Virus record (IMG/VR): IMGVR_UViG_3300048625_000299 | Span: 1 to 64,000 of that record | Direction: 5' to 3' (one strand) | DNA length: 64,000 nt | Part shown: piece after piece, positions 63,310 to 64,000 of the stretch | Numbering within the stretch: the stretch's first letter is position 1 | Layout of the letters: each line of letters starts with the position of its first letter | Translations under genes and position numbers: made by a program | The notes under the pieces: generated by a model | What the model was told of the DNA's origin: nothing | The model's input: only the letters and a program-made list of their open reading frames with translations | Database searches by the model: none

Positions 63310-64000
63310 ATGGAAGATGTAGTTCACGGCATCAAGGTCGACTATTCGCGAGACCAGCTGTTCGATATATTAGGTATTAAGCGACTCAGAGAGTCGTATA
63401 TGAAAGAAGAAGAGAAGTCCCCACAAGAAAGATTCGCGTATGTATCAAATGCGTTCGGCTCAAATGAAGCGCACGCTCAACGTCTGTATAACTATGCTAG
63501 TAAGCATTGGTTGTCATATAGCACTCCTATTCTTAGTTATGGCCGCTCTGCCCGTGGTCTTCCTATATCATGTTTCCTACCTTATCTCCATGATTCGTCG
63601 TCGGGATTGGTAGACACGCTTTCAGAAGTTAACTGGCTGAGCATGCTCGGCGGTGGAGTTGGTATTGGTGTCGGCATTCGGTCAGCGGACGACAAATCGG
63701 TCGGCGTAATGCCTCACCTCCGCACATATGATGCTAGCAGCTTGGCATATCGTCAAGGTTCTACTAGACGTGGATCGTATGCTGCTTACCTTGATATCAG
63801 CCATCCAGATATTCACATCTTCTTGGATATGCGCAAGCCAACAGGTGATCCTAATATGCGTGCATTGAATCTGCACCACGGAATCAATATTCCAGATGCG
63901 TTCATGGAAATCATCGAACGCTGTATGAAGGACCCTACTGCAAATGATGATTGGGAATTGAAAGATCCCCATGATGGAGCCGTTCGCGAAGTTGTGTCGG
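63310..64000 (+). CDS. nrdA: ribonucleotide reductase alpha subunit (3' truncated)
   Basis: STPILS, LPISCF, GGGVG, QGSTRRGSYAAYL, HPDI. Confidence 0.93.
   Translation, partial: MEDVVHGIKVDYSRDQLFDILGIKRLRESYMKEEEKSPQERFAYVSNAFGSNEAHAQRLYNYASKHWLSYSTPILSYGRSARGLPISCFLPYLHDSSSGLVDTLSEVNWLSMLGGGVGIGVGIRSADDKSVGVMPHLRTYDASSLAYRQGSTRRGSYAAYLDISHPDIHIFLDMRKPTGDPNMRALNLHHGINIPDAFMEIIERCMKDPTANDDWELKDPHDGAVREVVS

Noticed and set aside
1-64000. Genome-wide TGA (or TAG) recoding suggested by the RF in-frame stop
   Set aside because: Core genes such as gp20, gp3, uvsY, uvsX and gp41 end at TGA at expected lengths, TGG is used for Trp, and no TCA/CTA/TTA-anticodon tRNA was found.

Overview
This window is part of a large T4-like (Tevenvirinae-like) myophage genome, almost entirely on the + strand. 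The host is probably a betaproteobacterium (phasin-like, DUF3563-like and GNAT genes). Gene order: head module (gp20-gp23); gp3, uvsY, uvsW, gp55, gp47 and gp46; a 7-deazaguanine DNA-modification cluster (queE, queD, folE, a second T-fold protein, a DpdA/TGT-like protein, PRTase and kinase, with no queC in the window); gp45, gp44, gp62 and regA; a ~15 kb translation/RNA island (24.2-39.5 kb); hsp20, gp43, uvsX and gp41; putative internal head proteins; a lysis cassette; primase, thyX and a partial nrdA. The RNA island holds about 46 tRNA genes covering all 20 amino acids and most of the novelty. (1) Ten ncRNA cassettes are closed by a covarying 8-bp stem plus a conserved NTNC(A/C)GCA motif and carry variable tRNA-mimic cargo (circularly permuted, acceptor-less or anticodon-only). 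An eleventh copy sits inside-out within a tRNA-Asp, and two copies directly precede a Ro60/TROVE-like (DUF2828-type) vWA gene, suggesting an expanded Ro60/Y-RNA-like system. (2) A 38-aa leader peptide containing all 20 amino acids, with terminator and antiterminator, lies in front of the array. (3) A release-factor gene is interrupted by an in-frame UGA. (4) A helical protein gene is followed by a ~500-nt RNA with two permuted tRNA modules. All calls come from manual reading; no database searches were run.
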